Shown: in pieces, positions 15,679-24,983 of the stretch
Numbering within the stretch: the first letter of the stretch is position 1
How the letters are laid out: each line of letters starts with the position of its first letter
Origin: Pirellulales bacterium
GTDB lineage: Bacteria; Planctomycetota; Planctomycetia; Pirellulales; JAICIG01
Assembly: GCA_035606815.1 (NCBI GenBank)
Contig: DATNEC010000443.1
Location: 1-34,096, forward strand
Length of the DNA stretch: 34,096 bases
Reading direction: 5' to 3'
Notes under the pieces: generated by a model
The model's database searches: none
Told to the model about the DNA's origin: nothing
What the model saw: the letters and a program-made list of their open reading frames with translations, nothing else
Position numbers and translations under genes: made by a program

Positions 15679-16971
15679 ATGAGCACGCGATCGTTTACCC
15701 GCCGCACGTTTCTTGGCGCCGCTTCCGGAATGTTTGCCGCGGGGTACGCCGCGCCCTATTGGGCCGCAAGCCGCTCCTGCGCCGCGCAATCGAAGAACGA
15801 TCGCTTCGTGTTGGGGGCGATCGGCCTCGGAGGACAAGGGACCGGCATCGCCGGCCGCGCGGCGAAGTTCGGCGATATCGTCGCCGTCTGCGACGTCGAC
15901 CGCCAGCACGCCGAGCGCGCAAGAGAACGGTTCGGCGGCAAGGCGGAAATCTACGGCGACTATCGAAAACTGCTGGATCGCAAAGACATCGCCGCCGTCA
16001 CGATCGGCACGCCCGATCATTGGCACACCGCCGTCGCGCTGGCGGCCCTTCGAGCGGGCAAAGACGTCTACTGCGAAAAGCCGTTGACGCTGACCATCGA
16101 CGAAGGCAAGCTGCTCGTCAAGACGGTGCAAGAAACCCAGCGGGTGTTTCAAGTCGGCACGCAGCAGCGCAGCGACGCTCGCTTTCGCCAGGCGTGCGAA
16201 CTCGTGCGAAACGGCCGCCTCGGCAAGCTGCAAAAAGTGACGGTCTCGCTGCCGCGATCGACCAAGACGGGCGGCCCCTTCGAGGCAAAGCCGGTCCCCG
16301 AGGCGTTGAACTGGCAGCTCTGGCAAGGCCAGGCGCCCGAGCACGATTATTCGCCGGAACGATGCCACCACGACTTTCGTTGGTGGTACGAATACTCGGG
16401 CGGCATCATGACCGACTGGGGCGCCCATCACATGGACATCGCGCACTGGGCGATGGGCGTCGATCGATCGGGGCCGAACTCAGTTCAGGGTCGAATGGAC
16501 GATGCGGAACGGAAGCGAATCAACGACGCCCAGCGGAGCAACTCCTTCAATACGCCGGCCGAGTTTACCGTCGATTTCACGTATCCCGGCGACGTGCTGC
16601 TCGAAGTCGTGTTGGGCGACGAAGGCGTTTTGTTCGAGGGGGACGGCGGGCGGCTGTATGTGAACCGCGGGCGGATTACCGGCAAGCCAGTCGAGGAACT
16701 GGCCGAGCGCCCGTTGCCTGCCGACGCGACCCGGCTTTACGAGAGCAACGACCACATGGGCAACTTCTTCGATTGCATCAAGAGCCGCAAGACGCCGATC
16801 TCCGACGTCGCGAGCCAGCATCGATCGGTCAGCGCCTGCCACCTGGCCAACATTTCGCTTCGCCTGGGCCGCAAGCTGAATTGGGACGCGGCGAAAGAAG
16901 CATTCGTCGGCGATGCCGAAGCCAACGCCATGCTCAGCCGGCCGCAGCGCTCGCCGTATGAAGTGACCTAG
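15679..16971 (+). CDS. Gfo/Idh/MocA family oxidoreductase with Tat signal
   Basis: Track ORF 15529..16971, with the start taken at ATG 15679 (MSTRSFTRRTFLGAASGMFAAG). Rossmann N-terminus VLGAIGLGGQGTGIA, plus EKPLT and the DWGAHHMDIAHW block typical of the family. Confidence 0.9.
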   Translation: MSTRSFTRRTFLGAASGMFAAGYAAPYWAASRSCAAQSKNDRFVLGAIGLGGQGTGIAGRAAKFGDIVAVCDVDRQHAERARERFGGKAEIYGDYRKLLDRKDIAAVTIGTPDHWHTAVALAALRAGKDVYCEKPLTLTIDEGKLLVKTVQETQRVFQVGTQQRSDARFRQACELVRNGRLGKLQKVTVSLPRSTKTGGPFEAKPVPEALNWQLWQGQAPEHDYSPERCHHDFRWWYEYSGGIMTDWGAHHMDIAHWAMGVDRSGPNSVQGRMDDAERKRINDAQRSNSFNTPAEFTVDFTYPGDVLLEVVLGDEGVLFEGDGGRLYVNRGRITGKPVEELAERPLPADATRLYESNDHMGNFFDCIKSRKTPISDVASQHRSVSACHLANISLRLGRKLNWDAAKEAFVGDAEANAMLSRPQRSPYEVT

Positions 16972-16989
16972 CCCCACGGGCGATGAATC

Positions 16990-17961
16990 TCAAAAACTAG
17001 CGCCAATGGCCATCGTCGCGGATGCAATCGCGCCAAGCGGTGACTTGCGATCCTCGATGCGTGGCGGCAATTCGCCTTGGGCCAGGCCGCTTCGATCGAA
17101 TTCGCGCTTCGCCGCGGCGAACACGGCCAGCAGCGGAATCGCCACGAGCACCAAGCGGAGCGATCCGACCAGCCACGGCTTGCGAGTGCGCAGCGCCGGT
17201 ATTTCGGTCGCCCAGCACAACAGCGGGGCGAAAAACATGGCCAGCGCCGATGCGGTCGAAAGCCCGCCGAAAAACCGGCCGATGAACAACAGACTGAACA
17301 GCCCGACAATGCCGATTCCAATCGCACCTTGCATCTCCAGGCGCTCGCCGATCAAGCATGACGCCACGGCGACGCCCGCAAGAGCCGCCGTCAGCGGCAA
17401 CGCCGCGGCGCCGCCGGACAAGTAACCGGCCAGCATGATGACGGCCCCGCCGCACAAGCTCGCCTCGGCCAGCGCAAGCGAAATGGAGATTCCCGCAGAT
17501 CGCCGAGCGAGCCACAGCAAGAGCGCCCAGGCGATCGCCAGGGCCGCGCCGCTGAGCGAGAGCGCAACAACTGCCTGCCGCGCCGTCCACTGCCTGTCAG
17601 CGCCAACTAGATATACGGAACCGTGCAGCAGGATCCGGCCAATGGACCCAACCAAGGGGAGCCGCAAACTCCAAGCGAACCATCGCGGCGTTCGCTCCAT
17701 CGCGGCGATCGTCTCGATTCCAACGACCGCAGGCATGACAATCCACAGAAACCGGCCGAGGCCGTTCGCCGGCGGCCAGGCCGGCCGCAAGCGCAGAACT
17801 TCGTAGCCCACCGCCAGGCCCAAAACCATGCCGCCGACGCACGCCAGATTCATCCTTGCAGCGCCGGCAGGCCGGCGAACCCAACCGATCACCAGCGCGA
17901 TGGCCGCGCCGGCCGATGCGGCCGCGGCCATCGCCTGCAAGTACAAGACCGGATCGGGCAT
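16990..17961 (-). CDS. Polytopic integral membrane protein, unknown family
   Basis: Track ORF of 323 aa. Successive hydrophobic segments of about 20 aa run through the whole length (for example AAIALVIGWV, MVLGLAVGYEVL, FLWIVMPAVVGIETIAA). It starts 3 nt after the YceI stop. Confidence 0.65.
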   Translation of the reverse strand: MPDPVLYLQAMAAAASAGAAIALVIGWVRRPAGAARMNLACVGGMVLGLAVGYEVLRLRPAWPPANGLGRFLWIVMPAVVGIETIAAMERTPRWFAWSLRLPLVGSIGRILLHGSVYLVGADRQWTARQAVVALSLSGAALAIAWALLLWLARRSAGISISLALAEASLCGGAVIMLAGYLSGGAAALPLTAALAGVAVASCLIGERLEMQGAIGIGIVGLFSLLFIGRFFGGLSTASALAMFFAPLLCWATEIPALRTRKPWLVGSLRLVLVAIPLLAVFAAAKREFDRSGLAQGELPPRIEDRKSPLGAIASATMAIGASF

Positions 17962-17964
17962 CCG

Positions 17965-18549
17965 CTATTTCCGGGCGCCCTCGAAATCGATGAAGATCAA
18001 CGCCTCGTCGCCGATCGGGCCGATGGCTTTCTTGTCGAAACCGAAGTCGCTGCGCTTCAGCGACAGTTCGGTCGCGAAACCGACCCGCTTCGTCCCCATG
18101 AACTCGATTTCTTTGCCGCCTTCGAAGTTCAAGGTGATTTTCTTGGTCTTGCCGTGCATGGTGAAGTCGCCCGTCACTTCATATCCGCCCTTGACCGCCT
18201 TGACGCTCGTGCTTTTGAAGTCGATGGTCGGGAATTGCTTGGTATCGAAATAGTCGGGCTGTCGCAGGTGCTCGTCGCGCGCCTTGTTGCCCGTGTCGAC
18301 GCTATCGGCCTTGATCGACAGCTCGAACGACGACTTCGCCGGGTCGTCTCGGTCCAACGAGATTTTGCCCTCCATTTCGTTGAACCGTCCATGAATCCAA
18401 CTGATGTCGAGATGCCGCGCCTTGAAGCTGACCGAGGAATGCACCGGGTCGAACGCGTAGTTGTCCGCCGCGGCGGCCTGACTGCCGGCGAGGCAAGCTC
18501 CGGCGCCAACCAGGAGGGTCATCGCAACGGCTGAAAAAAATCGGCGCAT
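17965..18549 (-). CDS. YceI-family periplasmic lipid/polyisoprenoid-binding protein
   Basis: Track ORF of 194 aa with a signal peptide. YAFDPVHSSVSFKARHLDISWIHGRFNEMEGKISLD and VTGDFTMHGKTKKITL match the YceI pattern. Confidence 0.85.
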   Translation of the reverse strand: MRRFFSAVAMTLLVGAGACLAGSQAAAADNYAFDPVHSSVSFKARHLDISWIHGRFNEMEGKISLDRDDPAKSSFELSIKADSVDTGNKARDEHLRQPDYFDTKQFPTIDFKSTSVKAVKGGYEVTGDFTMHGKTKKITLNFEGGKEIEFMGTKRVGFATELSLKRSDFGFDKKAIGPIGDEALIFIDFEGARK

Positions 18550-18626
18550 GAGATCGGTCCTTTCGATACGAGTTTTTCAAGGATGTTGATTCGCAGACTG
18601 CCGCCCGCTTCGACCGGTATGGTATT

Positions 18627-18656
18627 CCGCGCCGCATCGCGAGTAAAGCGGCGCGG
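18627..18656 (-). terminator. Hairpin immediately after the pseudouridine synthase stop codon (possible terminator or processing site)
   Basis: Perfect 9-bp stem CCGCGCCGC (18627-18635) / GCGGCGCGG (18648-18656) with a 12-nt loop. There is no clear U-tract on the minus-strand transcript, so confidence is low. Confidence 0.35.
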
Positions 18657-19277
18657 TCAAAACGGGCTCTCGGCGTTCCAAGTCATGCGCTGGCCGGTTG
18701 TTGGATGGTCGAGCGAAAGCCGTTCGGCATGCAGCAGCAACCGCGGAGACATCGCCAACGCCTCGTCGTGGGCGTAGAGGTTGTCTCCCAAGATCGGATG
18801 CCCGAGCGTCGCCAGGTGTACGCGAATCTGGTGCGAACGGCCGGTCAACGGTCGAACCGCCAAGCGGCTGCGGTCCGCGAACCGCTCGATCAATTTCCAC
18901 GACGTGAATGCCGGCCGGCCTTCGATCGGGTCGATCCGATGACGCGGCGGACGGTCGAAGTCTTTGCGCAGCGGCAAGTCGATGGCGCCTTCCGACGCAC
19001 TCGGGCAACCGAACACGACCGCCACGTAACGCTTGTCCGCCGAGCGGTCGGCGAACTGCCGGCTCAGATTTCGCTGCGCTTCGGCCGAGAGCGCCATGAC
19101 GATCAGCCCGGAGGTGTCACGGTCGAGCCGGTGGACGACAACAGCCGAGGGCCAGACGGCTTGCACCCGCGCACTCAGGCAATCTTGCAAATCGGGGCCG
19201 CGCCCCGGCACGGCGAGCAGGCCCGACGGCTTGTCGAGCACGAGCAGTTGATCGTCCTGGTACAAGACGAAGTCCAT
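18657..19277 (-). CDS. RluA-family pseudouridine synthase (206 aa)
   Basis: Track ORF 18657..19406, with the start taken at the internal ATG at 19277 (MDFVLYQDDQLLVLDKPSGLLAVPG). Catalytic HRLDRDTSGLIVMA motif. The longer form would overlap the sulfatase gene. Confidence 0.85.
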   Translation of the reverse strand: MDFVLYQDDQLLVLDKPSGLLAVPGRGPDLQDCLSARVQAVWPSAVVVHRLDRDTSGLIVMALSAEAQRNLSRQFADRSADKRYVAVVFGCPSASEGAIDLPLRKDFDRPPRHRIDPIEGRPAFTSWKLIERFADRSRLAVRPLTGRSHQIRVHLATLGHPILGDNLYAHDEALAMSPRLLLHAERLSLDHPTTGQRMTWNAESPF

Positions 19278-19299
19278 TGCAACTCGCGGCACGCCGCAG

Positions 19300-20751
19300 T
19301 TAGGGTCGAACGGGGACCGTGCCGTTGGCGTCGACCTGGTAACCGCGCCGCCGAATGTATTCGGCGCCGGGCAGGAACTCGTCGTGCGTTTTGGCCAGCT
19401 TGTCATTCAGTTGGCGATCGAGATCGGCTTGCAGTTCGGCGTGTTCGGGCTCGTTGCAGAGATTCTTGAGTTGGTAAGGGTCGGCCTGATTGTCGTAGAG
19501 CAGCCAGGGGCCGTTCAGGTCGCGGACATACGTGTAGCGGGCCGTGCGCAGCCCCCGATATTCGCGCCCGCCGCGGTTGCGCGTCCACTCGCCAAAGGGC
19601 GAAGGGCACGTAATCAATGCCGCATCGTCGGCCGGCTTGTCGCCGCCGCGCAAGTAGCCGCTCAGATCGCTCCCTTCGACCTGCTCGGGGATCGGCGCCT
19701 TCATCAGTCCCAATAGCGTGGGCATCAGATCTTCGCTGTTGATGGCGGCGTCGAGCCGGCGTCCCTCGCGGCCGATTCCCGCGGGCCAATGAAACAGCAT
19801 CGGCACGCGGATCGATTCGTCCCACGGCTTTTGTTTGCGGACTTGGCCCTGCGAATACAGCATGCCGCCGTGGTCGGCGGTGAACACGACGATCGTGTTT
19901 TCCTCGATGCCGGCGGCTTTCAGCGTTTCCCATAGTTCGCCGACGCAATCGTCGAGCGCCGTGCAGTGGGCGTAATAGCCTGCCAACTCGCGGCGCGCCG
20001 GAATCTTAAGCTGATCGGGGACGTTCGGTCGCAACTGAATGTTTTCCGGCTTGTACATCGCCCGGTATTTTTCCGGCGCGGTCTCATAAGGATTGTGCGG
20101 CGTGCCCCACGACAGGAACAAGGCGAACGGTTGGCCGCGGCCGGCATGATGGCGAATGAAGTCCTCGGCGTCGCGCGTCTGGGCGATCGAGTCGTAACCC
20201 TGCCAGGTCTGCCGCGCCGGGGCGTCGGCGTAGTAAAACGAGTTGTTGTAATCGTGCGTGCATTCCACGGCTTTCCAGTACTGAAACCCTTGCCGCCGCT
20301 CGGGCGGAGTGAAGCTCAAGCGGCCGCGGCCGTCGAGATGCCATTTGCCGATGTAGCCCGTCCGGTAACCGGCGCCGACGAGCACTTCGGCGATGGTCGT
20401 CGCTTCGGCGGCGAGCGGCACGTCGTTCAGAAAGACTCCGTGCGTCAGCGGTCTTTGCCCGGTCATCAACGAGCCGCGAAACGGGCAGCAGACCGGGCAG
20501 CTGGAAACCGCGCGCACGAAGTTCGCGCTTTCGCCGGCCAGCCGGTCGAGGTTGGGCGTTTTGACGTTCGGGTCGCCGGCATAGCCCAGTGCGTCGGCGC
20601 GCCACTGATCGGCCAGCAGGAACACGAGATTCGGCTTTGCCGCGGAATCGGCGGCCGCCGACACGTGAAGGCCGGAAAGCGCGAATCCCAACGCGGCGGC
20701 CAGTTGAAAGGCGATTCGGCTCGACGGCGCGCGGAGGCGGTAAAAAGTCAT
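19300..20751 (-). CDS. Secreted arylsulfatase-family (formylglycine-dependent) sulfatase
   Basis: Track ORF of 483 aa with a signal peptide. LLADQWR, then a C-x-P-x-R sulfatase signature in CCPFRGSLMTGQ, plus GKWH and TADHG blocks. Confidence 0.9.
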   Translation of the reverse strand: MTFYRLRAPSSRIAFQLAAALGFALSGLHVSAAADSAAKPNLVFLLADQWRADALGYAGDPNVKTPNLDRLAGESANFVRAVSSCPVCCPFRGSLMTGQRPLTHGVFLNDVPLAAEATTIAEVLVGAGYRTGYIGKWHLDGRGRLSFTPPERRQGFQYWKAVECTHDYNNSFYYADAPARQTWQGYDSIAQTRDAEDFIRHHAGRGQPFALFLSWGTPHNPYETAPEKYRAMYKPENIQLRPNVPDQLKIPARRELAGYYAHCTALDDCVGELWETLKAAGIEENTIVVFTADHGGMLYSQGQVRKQKPWDESIRVPMLFHWPAGIGREGRRLDAAINSEDLMPTLLGLMKAPIPEQVEGSDLSGYLRGGDKPADDAALITCPSPFGEWTRNRGGREYRGLRTARYTYVRDLNGPWLLYDNQADPYQLKNLCNEPEHAELQADLDRQLNDKLAKTHDEFLPGAEYIRRRGYQVDANGTVPVRP

Positions 20752-21833
20752 TCGGCTTTCTCGACGGGTTTTTCAGCGGGCGAGCCGCCCTGCGGCGGAG
20801 CGAGCCGAACCAGATCGCCGACGGCGCCGGCCAGCCCATCCACAACGCGGGCCAGGCGATCGTAGTCGATCTTGTCGGGCGTGTCCTCGGCCGTGTGGTA
20901 GTGAGGGTAGCGAAAGTTCGCCGTGTCGGTCACCATCAGGCCCAGGTAGCCCTCCTCCCAGAAGGACCATTGATCGGACCAGCCGACGCCGGGGATCGCG
21001 GCGGGCAACGCTCCCTTTTCGCTGGGAAATTTCGCGTGCCGGCGAAAGGCGGACGTGAACTCATCGACGAGCGGCCGCGAGGCAACATTGGACACAAAAC
21101 CAATGAAGTCGCCCGTCGAGGGATAGAGCGCGCTCAACAGCGCCGGATAGCGCTGGCTGTCGGGCTTGTCGCTGTAATAACCGATCGTCTCCAGGCTGAT
21201 GGCCGCGACGACGTTCTCCTTGCGCTGTCGGCAGCGGCGGGCATAGACCAGGCTGCCCATCGTGGCGGTTTGGAAGTAAGGCGGCTCTTCATTGACGAAG
21301 GCCACGAACCGTAGCGTCCGCTCGGGCTGCTTCCCCGCAAATCGTCTGGCCAAAGCGAGCATCGCGACGACGCCGCTGCCGTTATCGTTGGCGCCCGGCG
21401 CCCCTTCGACCGAATCGTAGTGGGCGCCGACGACGACAATCTCGTCGGCATGCTTCTGGCCGCGGATTTCGACTTCGAGGTTATCGCAATTCCGCCCGCG
21501 GACTCCGTAGCCTTGCCGCGCGACGCGGTAGCCGGCTTTCGCGAGCGATTTATCCAGAAAGTCGGCGGCGGCCAACAACTGCGGATAGCGGCGCAGATTT
21601 CGCTCTCCGATCTTGCCGGCCAAATGCTCCAGGTCGGCGCGCAGCGCGTCTCGCTGTCGAACCTGCTCGGGCGTCAGTTCCGCAAGCGGCCCGCGATAGC
21701 TCTTTTCCATCGGTTTTTTCGGCGGAGCCTGGTCGGCCTCCGCGGCCGCGACCTCGGCCAAGAGGGGTGAAGGCAGCGTGTCTAGCGCTGCGGAGGCGAC
21801 GGCGCAGATCAGCAAGGCGAGCAGGCGTTGCAT
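20748..21833 (-). CDS. M28-family aminopeptidase
   Basis: Track ORF of 361 aa with a signal peptide. VVVGAHYDSVEGAPGANDNGSGVVAMLALAR is the M28 zinc-ligand block. Its stop overlaps the sulfatase start by 4 nt (ATGA, 20748-20751). Confidence 0.9.
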   Translation of the reverse strand: MQRLLALLICAVASAALDTLPSPLLAEVAAAEADQAPPKKPMEKSYRGPLAELTPEQVRQRDALRADLEHLAGKIGERNLRRYPQLLAAADFLDKSLAKAGYRVARQGYGVRGRNCDNLEVEIRGQKHADEIVVVGAHYDSVEGAPGANDNGSGVVAMLALARRFAGKQPERTLRFVAFVNEEPPYFQTATMGSLVYARRCRQRKENVVAAISLETIGYYSDKPDSQRYPALLSALYPSTGDFIGFVSNVASRPLVDEFTSAFRRHAKFPSEKGALPAAIPGVGWSDQWSFWEEGYLGLMVTDTANFRYPHYHTAEDTPDKIDYDRLARVVDGLAGAVGDLVRLAPPQGGSPAEKPVEKAE

Positions 21834-22498
21834 GACATTTCCCCGTTCTCCGTGCGGTCGACAATTCCGCCGCCAGTATATCGCTCCAGCTCGCCGTCGC
21901 GCCGCAGCGGCATGCGGAAGTGATTTATATTTTGGCCGATTTATTTATATCGCCGCGCGTCGCGCGCCGCACGAGGAGGCCTGACTGACACTTTTTACGA
22001 GAGTTTTTGCAAACGGATGCTCCAGTAAGGGGGGTCGCGGGCGTTAAAAACAGGGGCCTTCATGCCTAAACAATGCCCGGTTCAGACCCGATTTGGACCG
22101 CGCCGCGACCCGCGCCGGCGTTCGCCGCATTGCCGCGCTTTGTGCTTTGACTGGCGCCTGCGGCTGATCCCGCGGCAAACCGTAAGTTGCGACGTCGCAT
22201 GGTCCTCGCCCGGCTTGGCCCGACGCCAGAAGCCGCAATCCGCGGTCGTTGCCCGGCCTCGCAAACGGATCGAAACCGCGGAGGAATGGTTGATAGATTA
22301 TGCAAGGGTCTATAAATCATGGTTTTCGCCCCCTCTCCTACGCTCGGCGGTCAAGCTGCAATCGCCGCTCGACCGCAACGATCAAGCGAATGTCGACCAT
22401 GCAAAGGCCGCCCGGCGATCGTGGATGCAAAAGCACTTGAGTTTAAGGTTCTGGCGGCTTGGCTAGCAATGCAGACGGAATTGAAGGCGGGGCCTACG

Positions 22499-22846
22499 TT
22501 ATCGGTCGCGAATCGTTTGGGTGACCGCGCGCGAAAAGGCAGCAGCCATGATTCCCAAAAAAACCAACATGCCGATCGAAGAACTTCCGTCATGGTTTAA
22601 GCCATCGAGCAACCAGATGACCGCGGCCGGAATCAGCCCAAACGCCGCGCCGATTGCCGCACCGCGAATTGGTCGTTTGGATAAGCCGGCGCCGACGAAG
22701 CCCAGCGCACAGCAAAGCCAAGCCGCCCATATCGGCGCTTTCACCACGCATGCGGCTCCTGGTTCCGAGAAATCAACCGCAGCGAGCACGAGAAAGAACG
22801 CGCCACTGGTCATGCAGTAAGCGCTGATCTGAGGGGGCCGAGGCAT
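22499..22846 (-). CDS. Small (about 104-115 aa) four-helix membrane protein, hypothetical
   Basis: The track ORF has four hydrophobic stretches (GAFFLVLAAV, IWAAWLCCALGFVGAG, AAIGAAFGLIPAAVIWLL, IGMLVFLGIMAAAF) separated by short polar or charged loops. The overlapping plus-strand ORF 22521..22820 looks less protein-like. The start could be Met1 or Met12. Confidence 0.45.
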   Translation of the reverse strand: MPRPPQISAYCMTSGAFFLVLAAVDFSEPGAACVVKAPIWAAWLCCALGFVGAGLSKRPIRGAAIGAAFGLIPAAVIWLLDGLNHDGSSSIGMLVFLGIMAAAFSRAVTQTIRDR

Positions 22847-22927
22847 GCGGGTATTGTACTACGACGTGCCAAGGACGAGACCGGCAACCGCTTCCATCCA
22901 GAACCGCCTAACTCGCCTCCCTCCCAT

Positions 22928-22942
22928 CTGCCAAGTTGGCAG
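22928..22942. promoter_or_regulatory. Palindrome CTGCCAA-G-TTGGCAG, candidate activator (UAS) site about 100 bp upstream of the sigma-54-like box
   Basis: Perfect 7+1+7 palindrome read directly from the sequence. Its function is inferred from position only. Confidence 0.3.
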
Positions 22943-23031
22943 TACGCCCCGTGAGACGGCCAATTCGGTCTAAATGCCATGCCACTGCTGTAACATCTTG
23001 TTTTTCAATTAGTTATGGCAATGGCCGCAGT

Positions 23032-23049
23032 CTTGGCACGTATTGTGCT
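23032..23049 (+). promoter_or_regulatory. Sigma-54 (RpoN)-type -24/-12 promoter candidate upstream of groEL1
   Basis: CTTGGCACG-TATT-GTGCT against consensus YTGGCACG-N4-TTGCW. GG (23035-36) and GC (23047-48) have the correct 12-nt offset, and only one core mismatch is present (G for T). It lies about 215 nt upstream of the groEL1 start. Confidence 0.35.
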
Positions 23050-23262
23050 TTTTCGGGCGATTCGATGGCCGGCGGCTGCCAATAGTGGTCGCGGTCTATA
23101 GGAGAGGTTCGATCGACGAGGGGCTGCACCGCATTCCTACACTGCCTCGGGAAGACGCTCGATTTCGCCGCCGCTTGGCCGAGGAGCCAACGAAGCGATG
23201 GAGCGAGCCGACCCGGGCGCGACACAAGACATTCTTTTCGCCAACAACAGGAGGAAACCACT

Positions 23263-24960
23263 GTGGCAAAGCAGATGGTGTTTGATGATGAGGCGCGACA
23301 GCCGCTTTTGGCCGGCGCCTCGAAGTTGGCCCGGGCCGTTCGCAGCACGCTTGGCCCGCGCGGCCGCAACGCCGTGCTCGACAAGGGCTGGGGCTCGCCC
23401 AAGGTGACCAAGGACGGCGTGACCGTCGCCGAAGACATCGAGTTGGATGACGCCTTCGAGAATCTCGGCGCCCAGCTTATCAAAGAGGCGGCCAGCAAAA
23501 CCAACGACGTCGCCGGGGACGGCACGACCACTGCCACCATCCTGGCCGAGGCGATCTTTCGCGAGGGCCTGAAGATGATTGCCGCGGGCGCCGACCCGAT
23601 GGCGCTCTCGCGCGGGATCAACAAGGCGACCGAGGCGGTCGTCGAGGCGATCGGCAAGCTGGCCACGCCGATCAACGAAAAGAACAAGACCGAACTGAAG
23701 CAGATCGCCACGATCGCCGGCAACAACGACCCCAGCGTCGGCGACGTGCTGGCCGAGGCCTTTTTGAAGGTCGGCAAGGACGGCGTCATCTCGATCGAAG
23801 AAGGCCGCCAGGCCGAGACCACGGTCGAGGTCGTCGAAGGCATGCAGTTCGACCGCGGCTATCTCTCGCCGCACTTCGTCACCAACCAGGACGAACAGAC
23901 TGTCGAACTGGAAAACTGCCAGATCCTGATCTATGAAGAGAAGATTTCCAGCGCCAAGAACCTGGTGCCGATCCTCGAGGCCGTCAGCAAGTCGGGCAAG
24001 CCGCTGTTGATCATCGCCGAAGACGTCGAGGGCGAGGCGCTGGCCACGTTGGTGGTCAACAAGATGCGCGGTATTCTCAATGTCGCCGCCGTCAAGGCCC
24101 CTGGCTACGGCGATCGTCGCAAGGCGATCTTGGGCGATCTGGCGGTGCTCACGGCCGGTACGGCGATCTTCAAGGATCTTGGCATTCAGCTCGATTCGGT
24201 GAAGCTGACCGATCTGGGCCGCGCCCGCAAGATCGTGATTTCGGCCGAGAACACCACGGTCGTCGGCGGGGCCGGCAAGAAGGTCGAGATCGACGGCCGG
24301 GCCGACCAAATCCGCCGCGAGATCGAAGGCACCGACAGCGAGTACGATCGCGAGAAGCTGCAAGAGCGGCTGGCCAAGCTGGCCGGCGGCGTGGCGCAGA
24401 TCAACGTCGGCGCCGCGACCGAGACCGAAATGAAAGAGCGCAAGGCGCTGATCGAAGACGCCAAGGCCGCTACCCAGGCGGCGCTCGAAGAGGGCATCGT
24501 CCCCGGCGGCGGCGTGGCCTTGATTCGCAGCGAAAAGGCGCTCGACAAACTCTCGCTCGAAGGCGACGAGGGCTTGGGCGTGCGGATCATCCGCAACGTG
24601 CTCGACGATCCGTTGCGCGCGATCGCCGACAACGCGGGCGTCGACGGCGCGGTGGTGGTCAATCGCGTGCGTCAACTCAAGAACAAGAACGAAGGTTACG
24701 ACGCCGACAAGGACGCCTATACGGACTTGGTGGCGGCCGGCATCATCGATCCGGCGAAGGTCGTGCGGACCGCGCTACAAAACGCGGCCAGCGTGGCCTC
24801 GCTGCTGTTGACGACCGAATCGCTCGTCACCGAAATTCCCAAGGAAGAAGAAGACGCCGACCATCACGGCGGCCACGACCACGGCATGGGTGGCATGGGC
24901 GGCGGCATGGGTGGAATGGGTGGCATGGGCGGCATGGACATGGGCGGGATGGGAATGTAA
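23263..24960 (+). CDS. groEL: Chaperonin GroEL, paralogue 1 (no cognate groES upstream; His-rich + GGM C-terminal tail)
   Basis: GTG start at 23263, preceded by AGGAGGA at 23249-23255. (M)[11 protein letters not shown]..., [15 protein letters not shown] and [15 protein letters not shown]-type blocks are present (here [12 protein letters not shown]). The tail is [35 protein letters not shown]. Confidence 0.95.
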   Translation: MAKQMVFDDEARQPLLAGASKLARAVRSTLGPRGRNAVLDKGWGSPKVTKDGVTVAEDIELDDAFENLGAQLIKEAASKTNDVAGDGTTTATILAEAIFREGLKMIAAGADPMALSRGINKATEAVVEAIGKLATPINEKNKTELKQIATIAGNNDPSVGDVLAEAFLKVGKDGVISIEEGRQAETTVEVVEGMQFDRGYLSPHFVTNQDEQTVELENCQILIYEEKISSAKNLVPILEAVSKSGKPLLIIAEDVEGEALATLVVNKMRGILNVAAVKAPGYGDRRKAILGDLAVLTAGTAIFKDLGIQLDSVKLTDLGRARKIVISAENTTVVGGAGKKVEIDGRADQIRREIEGTDSEYDREKLQERLAKLAGGVAQINVGAATETEMKERKALIEDAKAATQAALEEGIVPGGGVALIRSEKALDKLSLEGDEGLGVRIIRNVLDDPLRAIADNAGVDGAVVVNRVRQLKNKNEGYDADKDAYTDLVAAGIIDPAKVVRTALQNAASVASLLLTTESLVTEIPKEEEDADHHGGHDHGMGGMGGGMGGMGGMGGMDMGGMGM

Positions 24961-24983
24961 ACGAATTTTCGATTTTCGATTGC

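Noticed and set aside
15639-16961. 440-aa plus-strand ORF and 15670..16446 minus-strand ORF overlapping the Gfo/Idh/MocA gene
   Set aside because: They are Arg-rich alternative or antisense frames. The 15679 frame has the Tat signal, Rossmann motif and family blocks.
22434-22450. CTTGAGTTTAAGG, half of a HAIR (HspR) operator
   Set aside because: No inverted ACTCAAG partner lies at the required 7-nt spacing, and it is about 800 nt from the nearest chaperone gene.
22979-22990. GCCACTG, resembling the B12-box core of cobalamin riboswitches
   Set aside because: It is an isolated 7-mer without the surrounding conserved riboswitch helices, and it lies upstream of a chaperonin gene. Most likely chance.
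23105-23125. GGTTCGATC, a tRNA T-loop-like string (also GTTCGAATTC at 33295)
   Set aside because: The flanking bases cannot form a T-stem or acceptor stem, and the second case is inside the metalloprotease coding frame. No tRNA gene is supported.
24862-24957. ATGGGYGGC tandem DNA repeat as an independent microsatellite
   Set aside because: It is in frame and encodes the GGM tail of GroEL1, so it is a coding feature rather than a separate repeat element.
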